A stretch of DNA of 64,000 nucleotides, taken from a virus. The position numbers and the translations under genes were made by a program. The stretch is from the IMG/VR virus record IMGVR_UViG_3300036863_000049, positions 4,640-68,639 of that record. One strand, written 5' to 3'. The notes beneath the pieces are model-generated. The model ran no database searches and was not told where the DNA came from. It saw only the letters and a list, made by a program, of their open reading frames with translations. Of this stretch, positions 26,307-36,355 are shown piece by piece. The number at the start of each line of letters is the position of its first letter. Position 1 is the stretch's first letter.

Positions 26307-26740
26307 AGTCCGTCACTCCTTGCGCCTTTCTCAACGACGCTGTAGGTAAACTCAATCGCGCGGTACGTCACCCCGCCGATGGTCACGAAGAGCGTGACTC
26401 CTTCCGGCGTCGTCGCCCCGCCCGATGCGATGCGCCCGCCGAGATGTGGGTCGCTCGTGATGGCAAAGGGAACCGCATTCACATAGGCCAGCACTTGCAG
26501 CTCCGCATCCGGGTTGTCCTGCCACCTTATCAGCACCCGACTGCGAAAGCGGTAGCGCATAATGGTCAAGGCGCTGCTCGATGGCGGGCTGGCTTCGGCG
26601 TCCCGCTCGAACCGCTCGAACACGGTATAGATCATCGGCGTCGCCAGCACGTTCGGCGGCTCGCCGAGTATCACGTCCTGTAACCCGGCGACGGTCAAGA
26701 AGCGCTCGCGTAGCCCTTCCCATGCGGTTGCCGCGCTCAT
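26303..26740 (-). CDS. Tail terminator/completion protein
   Basis: DPHLGG motif; position before the tube gene. Confidence 0.65.
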   Translation of the reverse strand: MSAATAWEGLRERFLTVAGLQDVILGEPPNVLATPMIYTVFERFERDAEASPPSSSALTIMRYRFRSRVLIRWQDNPDAELQVLAYVNAVPFAITSDPHLGGRIASGGATTPEGVTLFVTIGGVTYRAIEFTYSVVEKGARSDGL

Positions 26741-26943
26741 CGCTTGTAGCCCATCCGCTTGCCGTTCGGCTTTTGTTGCGCTTTCTTCACGTAGTACTCG
26801 CGCCAGCCGTGCCGCTGCTCAATATCCGGTATCCACAGAACCGCTGCGGGGCGCTCGGCATCCTCGTCATACTCAGCCCTTCCGACCTCGTGTGCGACGG
26901 TGTCGGCGGGAGTCCAGACCGGATCGCCAGGTGGTGTGCTCAT
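26737..26943 (-). CDS. Hypothetical protein
   Basis: 4-nt overlaps on both sides. Confidence 0.5.
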   Translation of the reverse strand: MSTPPGDPVWTPADTVAHEVGRAEYDEDAERPAAVLWIPDIEQRHGWREYYVKKAQQKPNGKRMGYKR

Positions 26944-27278
26944 CCGCCCGCTACCTCACTGAAGAACGCATCACCCGCGCGCTGCGCCAGCCGCTCGACT
27001 TCGCCCCGGCTGTCCTGAATGCCTTCCACGAAGAACGGCCGCGCCGCCATAAACTTTGTGCCCTCGTGCACGAACGGCGCGTACTTCACGTTCGTGCCGA
27101 CGAAGCCCCGGTTGCCTTCCGTGCGGGTCGTCTCACTGCGCCTCAGCGTGCCGGTGCGAACAGGCGTGCGCTGCTGAGACTTGCCCAGCACCGTGAGCAG
27201 CACTTTGGCAAGTAGGTTGTCGCGCATCTTCTTGAATGCGTCGCCAGAGAGCCGACGCGCGAGTTCTTCGGGCTTCAT
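26940..27278 (-). CDS. HK97 gp10-like tail completion protein
   Basis: TPVRTGTLRRS...GTNVKYAPFVHEGT..MAARPF. Confidence 0.85.
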   Translation of the reverse strand: MKPEELARRLSGDAFKKMRDNLLAKVLLTVLGKSQQRTPVRTGTLRRSETTRTEGNRGFVGTNVKYAPFVHEGTKFMAARPFFVEGIQDSRGEVERLAQRAGDAFFSEVAGG

Positions 27279-27895
27279 GTCGACGGCCCTCGCATAAACG
27301 GCGCCCGCCCGATGATGGCACCCACATCGGGATCGAGTGGCTTCACGTAGAGATGCTGGCCCAGCTCGGGCACGATCGTGCTGTCGTGGTAGCCCTGTTG
27401 CGCCCGCTTGAACCAGCGCACCGCCTGAATGACCGCCGCTTGCTCGATCAGCGGGTGCACCGTTATCCCAAAGCCGAACTTGCCGACGATGCGTACCGCC
27501 TTCTGAAATGGATACCAGACCGCCTTACTGCTGGATACCGGGTTGATGTCGAGCCGGACGTAGGGTACGCCCTCGTCAACCGCGTTGTAGGGCCACAGGT
27601 TGTAGTCGGTTGATGCCCAGGTCGTGTATGACCCATTCCCACTCTCATCCACGGCGACGGACGTGGGCGTCGTGGCGAGACTATCGATATACTGCTCACT
27701 ACGCCCGCTACCAGTGTAGTAGCGCGTGCTGTCGGCGGTCACGACGAAGTAGCCCGACTGCCGGTTTGCGAACAGGTCAATGGCGCGGCTCGCCGCCGTT
27801 GCCAGCCGCGCCAGCTCACCGTCATACGCGCTGCCCCACGCGCCATCCGGGAGCGCGTCCTTGATCGCATCGGCGGTGCAGTAGTCGTTCGGCAC
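27275..27895 (-). CDS. Head-tail adaptor protein
   Basis: YCTADAIK...AASRAID...LDPDV. Confidence 0.75.
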   Translation of the reverse strand: MPNDYCTADAIKDALPDGAWGSAYDGELARLATAASRAIDLFANRQSGYFVVTADSTRYYTGSGRSEQYIDSLATTPTSVAVDESGNGSYTTWASTDYNLWPYNAVDEGVPYVRLDINPVSSSKAVWYPFQKAVRIVGKFGFGITVHPLIEQAAVIQAVRWFKRAQQGYHDSTIVPELGQHLYVKPLDPDVGAIIGRAPFMRGPST

Positions 27896-27898
27896 GGG

Positions 27899-28231
27899 CT
27901 AGGTCTCCGTTGATGCCAGAGCGATGACGTTGATCGTCCCTGATACCCAGGTTGAGATACGCGCACGGAACGCCGCAAGCCCAGCCACGTCCACCCGGAA
28001 CACGCCATCTGCGGTCGTCGTGAGCGCGCCCGTGCCGGTCGATGGCGGGCTGGCCAGGATGCCGAACCAGTTGGTCCCGTCGATCGTCGCTTCCCAGGTG
28101 ATCGTTGCGCTCGTGATGCCAACCACTTGAATGCCGAGCCACCGGAACCCGCTCACGTCCATCGGCGTGCCGTTGCCGGTAGCGACGGCGGCGGTTTGCA
28201 GGTTCTGGCGCGCGGTGTAGCCTTTAGGCAC
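27899..28231 (-). CDS. Head-region beta-rich virion protein (decoration/fibre-like)
   Basis: Between capsid and adaptor genes; paralogue in the satellite. Confidence 0.6.
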   Translation of the reverse strand: MPKGYTARQNLQTAAVATGNGTPMDVSGFRWLGIQVVGITSATITWEATIDGTNWFGILASPPSTGTGALTTTADGVFRVDVAGLAAFRARISTWVSGTINVIALASTET

Positions 28232-28433
28232 GTCGCCTCCCTTGCCGTTTTAACGGCTCTGCTTGCTTTGGCTTCGCCTGCCCCTCCCGCGCGACGAGCG
28301 GCACCGCGACCGCCACGCCCTCGGCGATGCACTGCTCTGCGAGGTCGGTACTCAGGTCAACCTTCATCCCTTCCTCGTAGAACTGTTCGTTCGTCGCGCG
28401 GCCCTGAAAGTCACGCAGAAAACGGATCAGCAC
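28224..28433 (-). CDS. Small head-module protein
   Basis: IRFLRDF...G.KVDL...A..CIAEGVA; resembles the N-terminus of 28436-28831. Confidence 0.55.
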   Translation of the reverse strand: MLIRFLRDFQGRATNEQFYEEGMKVDLSTDLAEQCIAEGVAVAVPLVAREGQAKPKQAEPLKRQGRRRA

Positions 28434-28435
28434 GG

Positions 28436-28831
28436 CTACAGCTTTCGTGTTACGCCCGTCTCAGCTTGCGGCTTCTCTGCTTCCTTCACTTTCTCGTCAG
28501 CGACTTTGGCCGCAACCTTAGCGTCTTCCTTGCGAACGACGTGCGGATCGTCCTCGCCGCGCTGGTCCTCGGTTGCCTGCCGGGTATCACCTTGCAGCAC
28601 CACGACTTGCGGGATGCGATCGGCGATCTGCGCCGGCGTTCGGTTCTCATCGCCCGCGTAATACTTCGCCGCCTGCTCTGCAACTTCGGCGTCCGAGCGC
28701 GCGAACTCTTTCGCGTAGCCGTCGGCGATCACTTGCGCCGCTAGCCCCGCGTCCAGGTCGACCACGTAATCCTTCGCGTAGGGCAGTTCGCCCTTTTGCC
28801 CCGCATAGTCACGGGTGAATTTAACGCGCAT
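28436..28831 (-). CDS. Small head-module protein
   Basis: MRVKFTRDY...VVDLDAGLAAQVIADGYA. Confidence 0.6.
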   Translation of the reverse strand: MRVKFTRDYAGQKGELPYAKDYVVDLDAGLAAQVIADGYAKEFARSDAEVAEQAAKYYAGDENRTPAQIADRIPQVVVLQGDTRQATEDQRGEDDPHVVRKEDAKVAAKVADEKVKEAEKPQAETGVTRKL

Positions 28832-28843
28832 GAGTGTGCTCCT

Positions 28844-29245
28844 TTACGCGAGTACGGTGTACTCGATTTCAACCACCGCCTGCCCTACGGCGGTAGCGGC
28901 AACGCCGGTATGTCGGACGATGACGGGCGTACCAGCGGCGACGAACGAACCCGCCGCCTTCACGACCATCGCGGTTGATGTTCCGACGGCCTTCGCATTC
29001 TCGTAGTTCGTCGCTGCAACCAGCTCGACACCGGCGACGGTTGTGCCAATGCCCGCCGTGCCCGCGGCTACCGTGCCCGCCGTTACGTCAACATAGACAA
29101 TGCGCGCGGCCTTGATGTTCACGGCCTGCGTGTGGCGCAGTATCACGTCATCGATCGTCGTGCCCGCGCCGTTGTCGAGGTTAAACCACTGCGAGCGGGC
29201 GATCTGGCGCCGCCCCTCGCCGCGCTGAATATAGGTATCGCTCAT
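28844..29245 (-). CDS. Putative capsid decoration protein
   Basis: Directly after the major capsid gene; Ala/Thr/Val beta-rich. Confidence 0.55.
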   Translation of the reverse strand: MSDTYIQRGEGRRQIARSQWFNLDNGAGTTIDDVILRHTQAVNIKAARIVYVDVTAGTVAAGTAGIGTTVAGVELVAATNYENAKAVGTSTAMVVKAAGSFVAAGTPVIVRHTGVAATAVGQAVVEIEYTVLA

Positions 29246-29308
29246 CTCAATATGCTCCTGCACGGGAGGGGAGTTACCCCCTCCCGATGAACTATCAGAA
29301 CGTTATGT

Positions 29309-30823
29309 CTACACGCCGACGTTGTAGGTGATGGCGCTCGCCTCGGTGTCGCGCTGCGCCAATCCGACGCGAGCGATGGCGACGATCTGCTGCGCATCCG
29401 AGTCGGGAATGTCTTGCAGCTTGATCGTCATCCGCCGCTTGTAGCCGAGCAGCCACTGATCCCAGCGGACGGCCAGGATTGAGCCGGTGGTGTTGTTCGA
29501 TGGCGTGGTGCGATCGACCTTGCCGGCGGTGTTGGCCTTGCGTGCCGCGCTCTGGAAGTGCATGAAGTAGCTCACGTCTACCTTGTAGCCCCAGATGCCT
29601 TTCAGCATCCCGTTCTCCAGCGTCGCGCCGGTGAAGACATCCTTGGTCTTCACGGATGCCAGGCTGAAAATCTTCCAGTTCGTGTTGATGTCTACGATGA
29701 AGGAAGTCTTGGTCACGTCGGTGCCGTTCAGCCCACCGACGCCCATCAGCTTGACCGTCTCAATGAAGTCGGTATCCACGAGCGACCCACCGGCCGAGCG
29801 GCTGTTGGCGGTCGTGGTCACGAGCGGCGACTTGCGCAGCCCGTCAAACAGCAGGAACAGGTCAGTCGCCGCGGGCGTGCCGCCGATGTCGTTGATGTTG
29901 GTCGTCGCGCCAGCGGCGGTGTCGCCGTCGATGATCGTCGCTTCCAGGTTCTCAGCGCCACTCTTCTCCATCTGACTGCGCAGTTGCGCGACCCAGGGGA
30001 TCAGGCTGTCCTCTTCCAGCTCGTTCGCCCAGATGGTGCGCGCGCCCATCTTGCCAACCGTCAAGGTCTTGTTCGCCGTCGCCAGCTTCGAGGTCGGCAC
30101 GGTCGCATCGGGGCGCAGCGTGGTCGCGTTCGTGGCGGTCGTCTGCGCGACTTTGTACCAGGTTTGATCGGCGGCTTCCAGCGGGATGATGATCGACTCC
30201 GCGCCTTGCGGCACCTCGATCGACGGGATGCGATCGGCGACGAACGTGCCCGATCGAATGGCTTCCCACAAGCGCCGGCTGTACTCAACGCCCACCCACT
30301 CATCGCCGAACCCGCTCTGGGTGCTGTAGTCGAGCTCGTTCGCCTTCACGCTGTTGGTCACGTCAGCGGGATCGAGGCCAGCGGCCTTGAGGTCACTGCG
30401 CGCCGCCTCGCCCATCTCGCTCTTGTCTTCGGCGATCTTGATCGCCAGCGCCTTGAGCGCGCTCTTCGAGACGCCGCGCTCCCCACCGCGCTGCTGCTTC
30501 GATGCGTCCAGGATGCCACACAGGAACGCCTGGTCAGCAACCGTCAGATTGTCGTACTTTCGCGTGTCGCTGAATGCGGTCACATACGGCGCTAGGTTCG
30601 CGTTGTGCTGCGCGGCGTCCGACAGGCGCCGCCCCGGGGCGAACTGCTTTGCGAACTCTTTGGCCTGTGCATCGAGCGCGGCCTTCACCGCCGCCTCGGT
30701 TCGCTCCGCCTCGGCTTTGGCGGTAGCCTCGGCGCTCTCGCGCTCCAGCCGATCGGCTTCCATCGCGGCCTTGATACTCTCGTCGGCCATCTGCCGCACA
30801 TGTTCGAGTTCTTCAGGTGTCAT
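29309..30823 (-). CDS. Major capsid protein (HK97 fold, N-terminal scaffold domain)
   Basis: Coiled-coil N-terminus; ELEEDSLIP, IIDGD, FDGLRK. Confidence 0.88.
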   Translation of the reverse strand: MTPEELEHVRQMADESIKAAMEADRLERESAEATAKAEAERTEAAVKAALDAQAKEFAKQFAPGRRLSDAAQHNANLAPYVTAFSDTRKYDNLTVADQAFLCGILDASKQQRGGERGVSKSALKALAIKIAEDKSEMGEAARSDLKAAGLDPADVTNSVKANELDYSTQSGFGDEWVGVEYSRRLWEAIRSGTFVADRIPSIEVPQGAESIIIPLEAADQTWYKVAQTTATNATTLRPDATVPTSKLATANKTLTVGKMGARTIWANELEEDSLIPWVAQLRSQMEKSGAENLEATIIDGDTAAGATTNINDIGGTPAATDLFLLFDGLRKSPLVTTTANSRSAGGSLVDTDFIETVKLMGVGGLNGTDVTKTSFIVDINTNWKIFSLASVKTKDVFTGATLENGMLKGIWGYKVDVSYFMHFQSAARKANTAGKVDRTTPSNNTTGSILAVRWDQWLLGYKRRMTIKLQDIPDSDAQQIVAIARVGLAQRDTEASAITYNVGV

Positions 30824-31701
30824 AGCTTGTTCCTCAGTTTGTATTCGGCTAATACGTCGGCTATGACCCGCAATACCTCTTCGCTTTGCGCTTTCGCGCC
30901 TTCCGAATCGGTCTGTAGCTGGTCAATATCGGTAGGGAAGGTTAAGCCCTCCTCGATGTATAAGGCTTTAAGAACGGGTATCGCAATCGAGTGCGGATGC
31001 GCTTGCTTGCGGTGTTCGGCATAGTCCCACGCGCTGATCTCCACAATCGGCCAGTAGGTGAGTTCGCCGTCACGCTCCTTGCGCCGCAGGTGACCCGCCG
31101 TGCCGGGACTGACGACCGCCTGCCCTTTCAGCGCCGCGTCCCACGTTTTATCCGCGTGGGCGTTGCTCCTCAGCTTGGCCGTCAGGTAGTGCCCATCGCC
31201 TCGGTTCTCGCGCTTGGTTGTGCGACCGATGACGACCGGCTTGCCCATCGGCTTGCCGCGCTCGTCATAGCCGTGGTAGTAGAGTACGGGCGGGGTGGGG
31301 AAGTTCTCAATATCGAAGTCGGTGCGCTCACTGAAGCGCTCGCCGTGCGCGTCGAAACCGTAGGCCACCTTGAGTTCGAGCGTTCGATCGCCCAGCGCCT
31401 TCACGGTTGCGAACACCGGCTCGCCGTCGTCATAGACCAGGCTGCCTGCTTTGGCGCTCGCGCCGTCGCCCATATCGCATTGCGCGCCGAGGCTAACGGC
31501 GTGATCGTGCATCGTCTGGATCATCGTCTGGTCCTGGCGGCTGTGGCGCGCGCCCGCCTTCGTCGCGTCAGGCACGTTGGCGTAGAGTGCGGCGAGGTGC
31601 GCCTGGGCCGCGGCCTTCGTCGGGTGGCACTTCTCGATGCTGTTATCCGTCTCGTTGATGACGCAGTACTCGTCATCGCGTTCGGCTATGTGATAGGGCA
31701 T
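30820..31701 (-). CDS. Putative prohead protease
   Basis: DAHGERFS, VLYYHG, VSPG, WPIVEIS; position before the capsid gene. Confidence 0.7.
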   Translation of the reverse strand: MPYHIAERDDEYCVINETDNSIEKCHPTKAAAQAHLAALYANVPDATKAGARHSRQDQTMIQTMHDHAVSLGAQCDMGDGASAKAGSLVYDDGEPVFATVKALGDRTLELKVAYGFDAHGERFSERTDFDIENFPTPPVLYYHGYDERGKPMGKPVVIGRTTKRENRGDGHYLTAKLRSNAHADKTWDAALKGQAVVSPGTAGHLRRKERDGELTYWPIVEISAWDYAEHRKQAHPHSIAIPVLKALYIEEGLTFPTDIDQLQTDSEGAKAQSEEVLRVIADVLAEYKLRNKL

Positions 31702-31777
31702 CTGCTACCTCGCTTTGGGCTGTTACTCCAACCGGCAAATGAATTTGCCGGTTATTTGCCGGTCGTTTGCAACTCAT

Positions 31778-31975
31778 CTAGGCATCCGTATCCGCGCTCT
31801 CTATCGCCCCAAGCAGCTCCGACTTGGCCGCGCGCGTTCGGTCTTTTGCGGTCGCAATGAGCGCTTCCAGCCGCGTTACCTCTTGCACATGCTGCTCTCT
31901 GTCAGCCAAGAGCATCTCCAAGTCACGCACCGCCCGCTGATACGCGACAATCAAGGTGTCTAGTGATGCGATCAT
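31778..31975 (-). CDS. Coiled-coil hypothetical protein
   Basis: Operon packing. Confidence 0.45.
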   Translation of the reverse strand: MIASLDTLIVAYQRAVRDLEMLLADREQHVQEVTRLEALIATAKDRTRAAKSELLGAIESADTDA

Positions 31976-32211
31976 GTCTCGTCTCTCCTGTCCTGATAGC
32001 GGTCAAGTACGCCGCGCTCATAAGGCGTTCGCTCTGGCATGCGCTCTGGGAGGAATTGAGAGCCATAGGCGGCCGCAATGAGATCGGGTATGGCCATCCG
32101 CATAAGCGCGTCGTACCAGTCATCACCCAACCCCGCCCGACGCATCTTGTCTGCGATCGAGTGGCATATTCCCGCGCGCTCCTCTTCGGTTAGCCCACTG
32201 CGTTCATCCAT
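31972..32211 (-). CDS. Hypothetical protein
   Basis: Operon packing after MuF. Confidence 0.45.
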   Translation of the reverse strand: MDERSGLTEEERAGICHSIADKMRRAGLGDDWYDALMRMAIPDLIAAAYGSQFLPERMPERTPYERGVLDRYQDRRDET

Positions 32212-32212
32212 C

Positions 32213-32819
32213 TCAACTCTCCACGACGGGACTGAACGCGCGCTGGCAGTTGGGATGTTGCAGCGGGTTCGCCTCGGCCTCTTCCAGCGTCCAGCGGCTC
32301 CCGTTCGCCGCCGCGCATTCGGCATCGTCTTCGCCGTCCAGCACATCGACGTGCGTGATACCTGCGACCCGGTAGGCGGTGATGGCCCCGTAGTTGTAGC
32401 CGCGCCCGGTCTCGGTCCTGGCGATCATCGTCGCGCGGCTCGCGCTGTTGATCTCGCCCATCTCACGCAGGCGCTGGGCTAGTTCTTCCACGCTCCAGCC
32501 GTTCTCGGCTTGCTGGCCAACGAGCCGCCGAATATCCTCGCGCGTCGTATCGGCCACGTTGCGCACGTCTTTCGCCAGCCGATCGAGTACCTGCTGCACT
32601 TCTTTCATCTCCAGGTCAAACCGGATCGGCAGTCCCGCGCTTGCCGCATCGCCGAACGCATCCTCGACGAGTGCCGGATAGAATTGGCGCATCAACTGTT
32701 CGATCTCACCGCCCGTATCCTTGCCGCCGTTCGCATACTGGGCCGACAGATACGGCTTCACTGCCTTCTCAATTCGGGCGGCGTGCGAATCAGCCTTCGG
32801 CTTGCGCGCCGCCTTGAAA
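32213..32819 (-). CDS. MuF/SPP1 gp7-like minor head protein (start uncertain)
   Basis: RATMIARTETGR, HPNCQR. Confidence 0.8.
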
Positions 32820-34325
32820 GCTAGCCGCGACGAACGCGGCCCGCACCCCCTGAGCGGTCGTTGCGCCCCCCAGCGCCGCCTTGATCGCCAGCGCCGTCGG
32901 CTCGCCAATATGCTCGCTGTCAAAGTCGCACGCGGGCCGCTTACCGTCCTTCAGCCTTGACAGTGCCTTGCGCTCCCACTTGGCGAGGTCAGCGGCTTCC
33001 GGTGCTACCACCTGCCCCTCAACCACATCCCCGGTTGGGCCGGGCAGTTGCGGCGGTGGCTTCGCCCCGCCGAACTGCGGCGGCGGCGGTGGAGGCGGCT
33101 TATCCTCTGGTGCTCTGGCGTCGGTCAGTCCTCTACCCACCTCAGCAGGCAGTAGGATGCCGCGTTGGTCACCAATCGGGTCGTCCGAGTAATACTTCTT
33201 GCGCACCTCATCGATTGAGTGTGAGCGCTCATAGGCGGCTTGCTCTTGCAGCTCGACGGCGGTATCCACCTGCCGCACATCCTCGAACTCGCCCACAAGA
33301 TCATCGCCGTAGGCAGGGAGCACATCGTTGCCAATCTTCTCAGCCACCGCCACATGCGCGGGCCAGATCGCCATCGAGAGCAGCGTGTTCATGCCCGCCG
33401 TGCTGTTTGCTTCCGTCGCGTTCACCGCGAGCACGCTCGCCAGCCCCGGCGCAAACAAGGCGAATATCTCTTCTTTCGTAAAGGTGCGCGCGTTCAAGAA
33501 CTCCATATCTTTCTGCGACATCGCCATCGTCAGCCAGGAGACGCCGCCACTGCCCGCGCCGCGGATCATCATCAGATTGCGCTCGGTCCCGCCGTGATCG
33601 CGTCGGATGTCCGCCTTCATCTGCTCCCAGCGGCCATCATCGATCCAGTCGCTGTAGGCCAGCGCGCCCGGCACTTTGGCGTTGTTCTTGCCGAAGAACT
33701 TGGTATTCCATTCCTGCATCTTGATGTCACCGACGGCGACGGTTGCGAGCGCCTCGATCGGACTCAGGCCGACGAACTTATTCAGCGGATGGAAGCGCTT
33801 GAAGTGGCAGACCTCCCACACCTCGAGCGGCCACTTCTTGGTGCCATCGTCATACACATAGCCTTTGAGATACAGCTTGCCGTCTGGCACGGGCTGAATC
33901 TTGTTCGGCGGGATGATCCACAGCTCCTCGGGCGGCGCGTCCTCACTCGAGCGGTTGAGCCACCAATAGCAGTTACCGCACAGCGCCCGATACGCGAATG
34001 TCGCCTCCAAGAACTCGAACCGGCTCATCAGCGGGTTGGGCTTTGACAAGAGCAACTCAAAGTCGTGGTTCGGCACGTCGACCAGGTCTTCACCCTTGCG
34101 CTGCTTCACGTCGAACGATGCGCCGGCCGCCGTCTGCGCAATTGTGGATACCGCTATTTGCACCCACGTCAACTTCTGAAACAGCTTGGCCTGTTGCTCA
34201 ACGTCTTCGCCCGCCGGGATGTTGTAGCGCTCCTGGTAGGCGCTGGCGAGTGCCCAGCCGGGCGCCTGGACCGGCTGCGTCTTGGCGTAGCCCAGCCGCG
34301 CGGCGAGTGTGTCAATGAGGCCCAT
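32790..34325 (-). CDS. Portal protein (HK97 family)
   Basis: LLSKPNPLMSRFEF, GNCYW, GLSPI, FFGKNNAKVPG. Confidence 0.92.
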   Translation of the reverse strand: MGLIDTLAARLGYAKTQPVQAPGWALASAYQERYNIPAGEDVEQQAKLFQKLTWVQIAVSTIAQTAAGASFDVKQRKGEDLVDVPNHDFELLLSKPNPLMSRFEFLEATFAYRALCGNCYWWLNRSSEDAPPEELWIIPPNKIQPVPDGKLYLKGYVYDDGTKKWPLEVWEVCHFKRFHPLNKFVGLSPIEALATVAVGDIKMQEWNTKFFGKNNAKVPGALAYSDWIDDGRWEQMKADIRRDHGGTERNLMMIRGAGSGGVSWLTMAMSQKDMEFLNARTFTKEEIFALFAPGLASVLAVNATEANSTAGMNTLLSMAIWPAHVAVAEKIGNDVLPAYGDDLVGEFEDVRQVDTAVELQEQAAYERSHSIDEVRKKYYSDDPIGDQRGILLPAEVGRGLTDARAPEDKPPPPPPPQFGGAKPPPQLPGPTGDVVEGQVVAPEAADLAKWERKALSRLKDGKRPACDFDSEHIGEPTALAIKAALGGATTAQGVRAAFVAASFQGGAQAEG

Positions 34326-34546
34326 CTAAACGAATCCATTCGCCAGGCGATTAGCCTCAATAGCCTGGCGCGCGTCGTCCCTCGCTGTACAGCGAAGGAG
34401 GTACGGGCCAAAGGTAAACACATCCCCTGGCTGTGGGTTGCGATTGCTCACGATACCCTCGGCCACATCCTCAAGAAGCTCATAGGTGATCCAGATCATG
34501 TCACCGCCCTGCCATTCCCACGTGCCATTTTTGTATTTCATGCCCA

Positions 34547-35764
34547 TTACACGTAATCCACAAGGCGATCGACGCTCGGCCGATCCGCGCCGTACCACGC
34601 GAGTGCTAAGGCCATCACGCAGTCGTCGTGCTTGTCCTCTGGCGCGCTGTAGCGGGTCAGTCCTGACGGCAAGCGCTCTGCCTGGTACGCCTGCAATTCT
34701 TCAATAAGCGTCGGGTCGTCCAGTATCTCTAGGGTCTGGCGCTCGAATGCCAGCGCGAGACTATCGATGATGGCGGCCTTCGTCGCGTTCGTCGTGGTGA
34801 AGGCACGCACAGGCAAGCCGTCACGCTGAAGCTGCTCGGTCACCGGCCCGCCCATGCTGTTCTCTTCGCTGATGATGGCGGCTGGCTTCCACTGCTCGGC
34901 GAGTGCTTGTAGACGCTGACGCTGGTGGGTATACTCGACGTTCGTGAAGCGATCCATATCGACCATGCGCCGGGCGGTGGCGTCAAGGACGATGAACACG
35001 CTGTAGTCACCGCTGCGTGCCCAGTCCGCGCCGATAATGTACTGATGACCATCTTCTCTCTCCAGCATCGGCTCCATCGGGATCGTCGCCGCTGCCTGCA
35101 CGTTGCGGAACACGCCGCCGCCATCGTCCAGGAAGGTCGCGAGTATTTCTTGCGCGTACTGGCGCTCGGTCATATCGCGGCCCATCGCCTGTATCTCTTC
35201 GGGCTTGATGTGTGGGTTCGCCATCGTCGGCATCTGCCACGACATCCAGTCGGGATGCGCGTCGCTCTGCCCATAGCCGTAGACTTTGCGAAAGAAGTTA
35301 AAGCCGCGCGGGGTAGACAGGAACCATGTACCGCCCTCCAGATCTGCCAGCGTCGGCCGTATCACCTGCTGCCAGGCTTCCCCGAGGTGTGCGACCATCG
35401 CCGCCTCATCGACGATCGCAAGCCGGTACTTGCGACCGCGCGGTCCGTCGGGACTGTCGAGCGACCACATATCCACGACGCCGCCGGTGATGAGTTCGAG
35501 GCGGTGCTCTTGCACGTTCACCCGGCGGGTGACGGGCTTGAGTGTCTGCTGAGCAGCGCGCCAGAACTCAGAGAGCATCTTGTACGTCGGCGCGAAGTAG
35601 GCGACGGGCTGACCGTCGAGCGCAGGCGGGATGAGCCGATCCAGGCCGAGCGTGGTTTTGCCAAAGCGCCGGCCGCAGGCCAGCACGTTAAAGCGGCGCG
35701 CCTCGTAGATCACCTGTCGCTGCGCCTTATGGGGTTTCGGGAGTGTCAGGGTTAGGGTTGTCAT
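34547..35764 (-). CDS. terL: Terminase large subunit
   Basis: CGRRFGKT Walker A, IVDEAA Walker B, STPRG, GADWA, HDDCVMALAL. Confidence 0.93.
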   Translation of the reverse strand: MTTLTLTLPKPHKAQRQVIYEARRFNVLACGRRFGKTTLGLDRLIPPALDGQPVAYFAPTYKMLSEFWRAAQQTLKPVTRRVNVQEHRLELITGGVVDMWSLDSPDGPRGRKYRLAIVDEAAMVAHLGEAWQQVIRPTLADLEGGTWFLSTPRGFNFFRKVYGYGQSDAHPDWMSWQMPTMANPHIKPEEIQAMGRDMTERQYAQEILATFLDDGGGVFRNVQAAATIPMEPMLEREDGHQYIIGADWARSGDYSVFIVLDATARRMVDMDRFTNVEYTHQRQRLQALAEQWKPAAIISEENSMGGPVTEQLQRDGLPVRAFTTTNATKAAIIDSLALAFERQTLEILDDPTLIEELQAYQAERLPSGLTRYSAPEDKHDDCVMALALAWYGADRPSVDRLVDYV

Positions 35765-36005
35765 AGACGATCCGAATAGTGAGTTCGCCGCTTTGCTCTT
35801 GCACGTCCTTGACCTTGCCGTACTTCCGATCCCAGAGCCAGGTTGCCGCCGTCGTGTCGCCCTTCCTGGCCTGGGTGAGTTGCGCTTTGATGACGGCTTC
35901 CTCGGCCTTCTCGTCAAACAGCCGAAGCAAGACGCTTTGCTTGGCGTCTTCGACGGGTTTCGGCGGGCGGCCCGGGCCGCCCGGATGTCCTTTTTGGAAT
36001 GGCAT
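35727..36005 (-). CDS. terS: Terminase small subunit
   Basis: MPFQKGHPGGPGRP N-terminus; directly upstream of terL. Confidence 0.75.
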   Translation of the reverse strand: MPFQKGHPGGPGRPPKPVEDAKQSVLLRLFDEKAEEAVIKAQLTQARKGDTTAATWLWDRKYGKVKDVQEQSGELTIRIVYDNPNPDTPETP

Positions 36006-36029
36006 ATCTAAATGTGGGAAATATCATTT

Positions 36030-36090
36030 GGGTAACAAAAAGGCCCAGCCGCCTCAAGAGGCGCTGGGCCTAACGAGGGACTGGGCCTAA
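36030..36090 (-). terminator. Intrinsic terminator upstream of terS with a duplicated 5' arm
   Basis: AGGCCCAGCGCC...GGCGGCTGGGCCTTTTTG; second TTAGGCCCAG just upstream. Confidence 0.6.
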
Positions 36091-36355
36091 TCAAAGACCG
36101 TTAGATTGTCAGGGCGTTACATTACGTGAGTAGGCGATTTAGGAACGCGCAAAGTTTATCGATGCGGAGTTCTCTTGCAACGGTAAGAACGAACTCGCGC
36201 CAGGCGTTGGCCAGTGTCTCCCACTCAGACATGATACCGATGCTCCAGGTAGCGAACGATCATCAGCAGCGCGGCTTTCATCACGCGCGCGAACGCCCGC
36301 CACTCATCCGTAGTAGCTACGGGTAGTATAACACGTTCGTCTAGTGGTTGCGTGG

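Noticed and set aside
29558-30595. 345-aa plus-strand ORF
   Set aside because: Antisense shadow of the major capsid gene.
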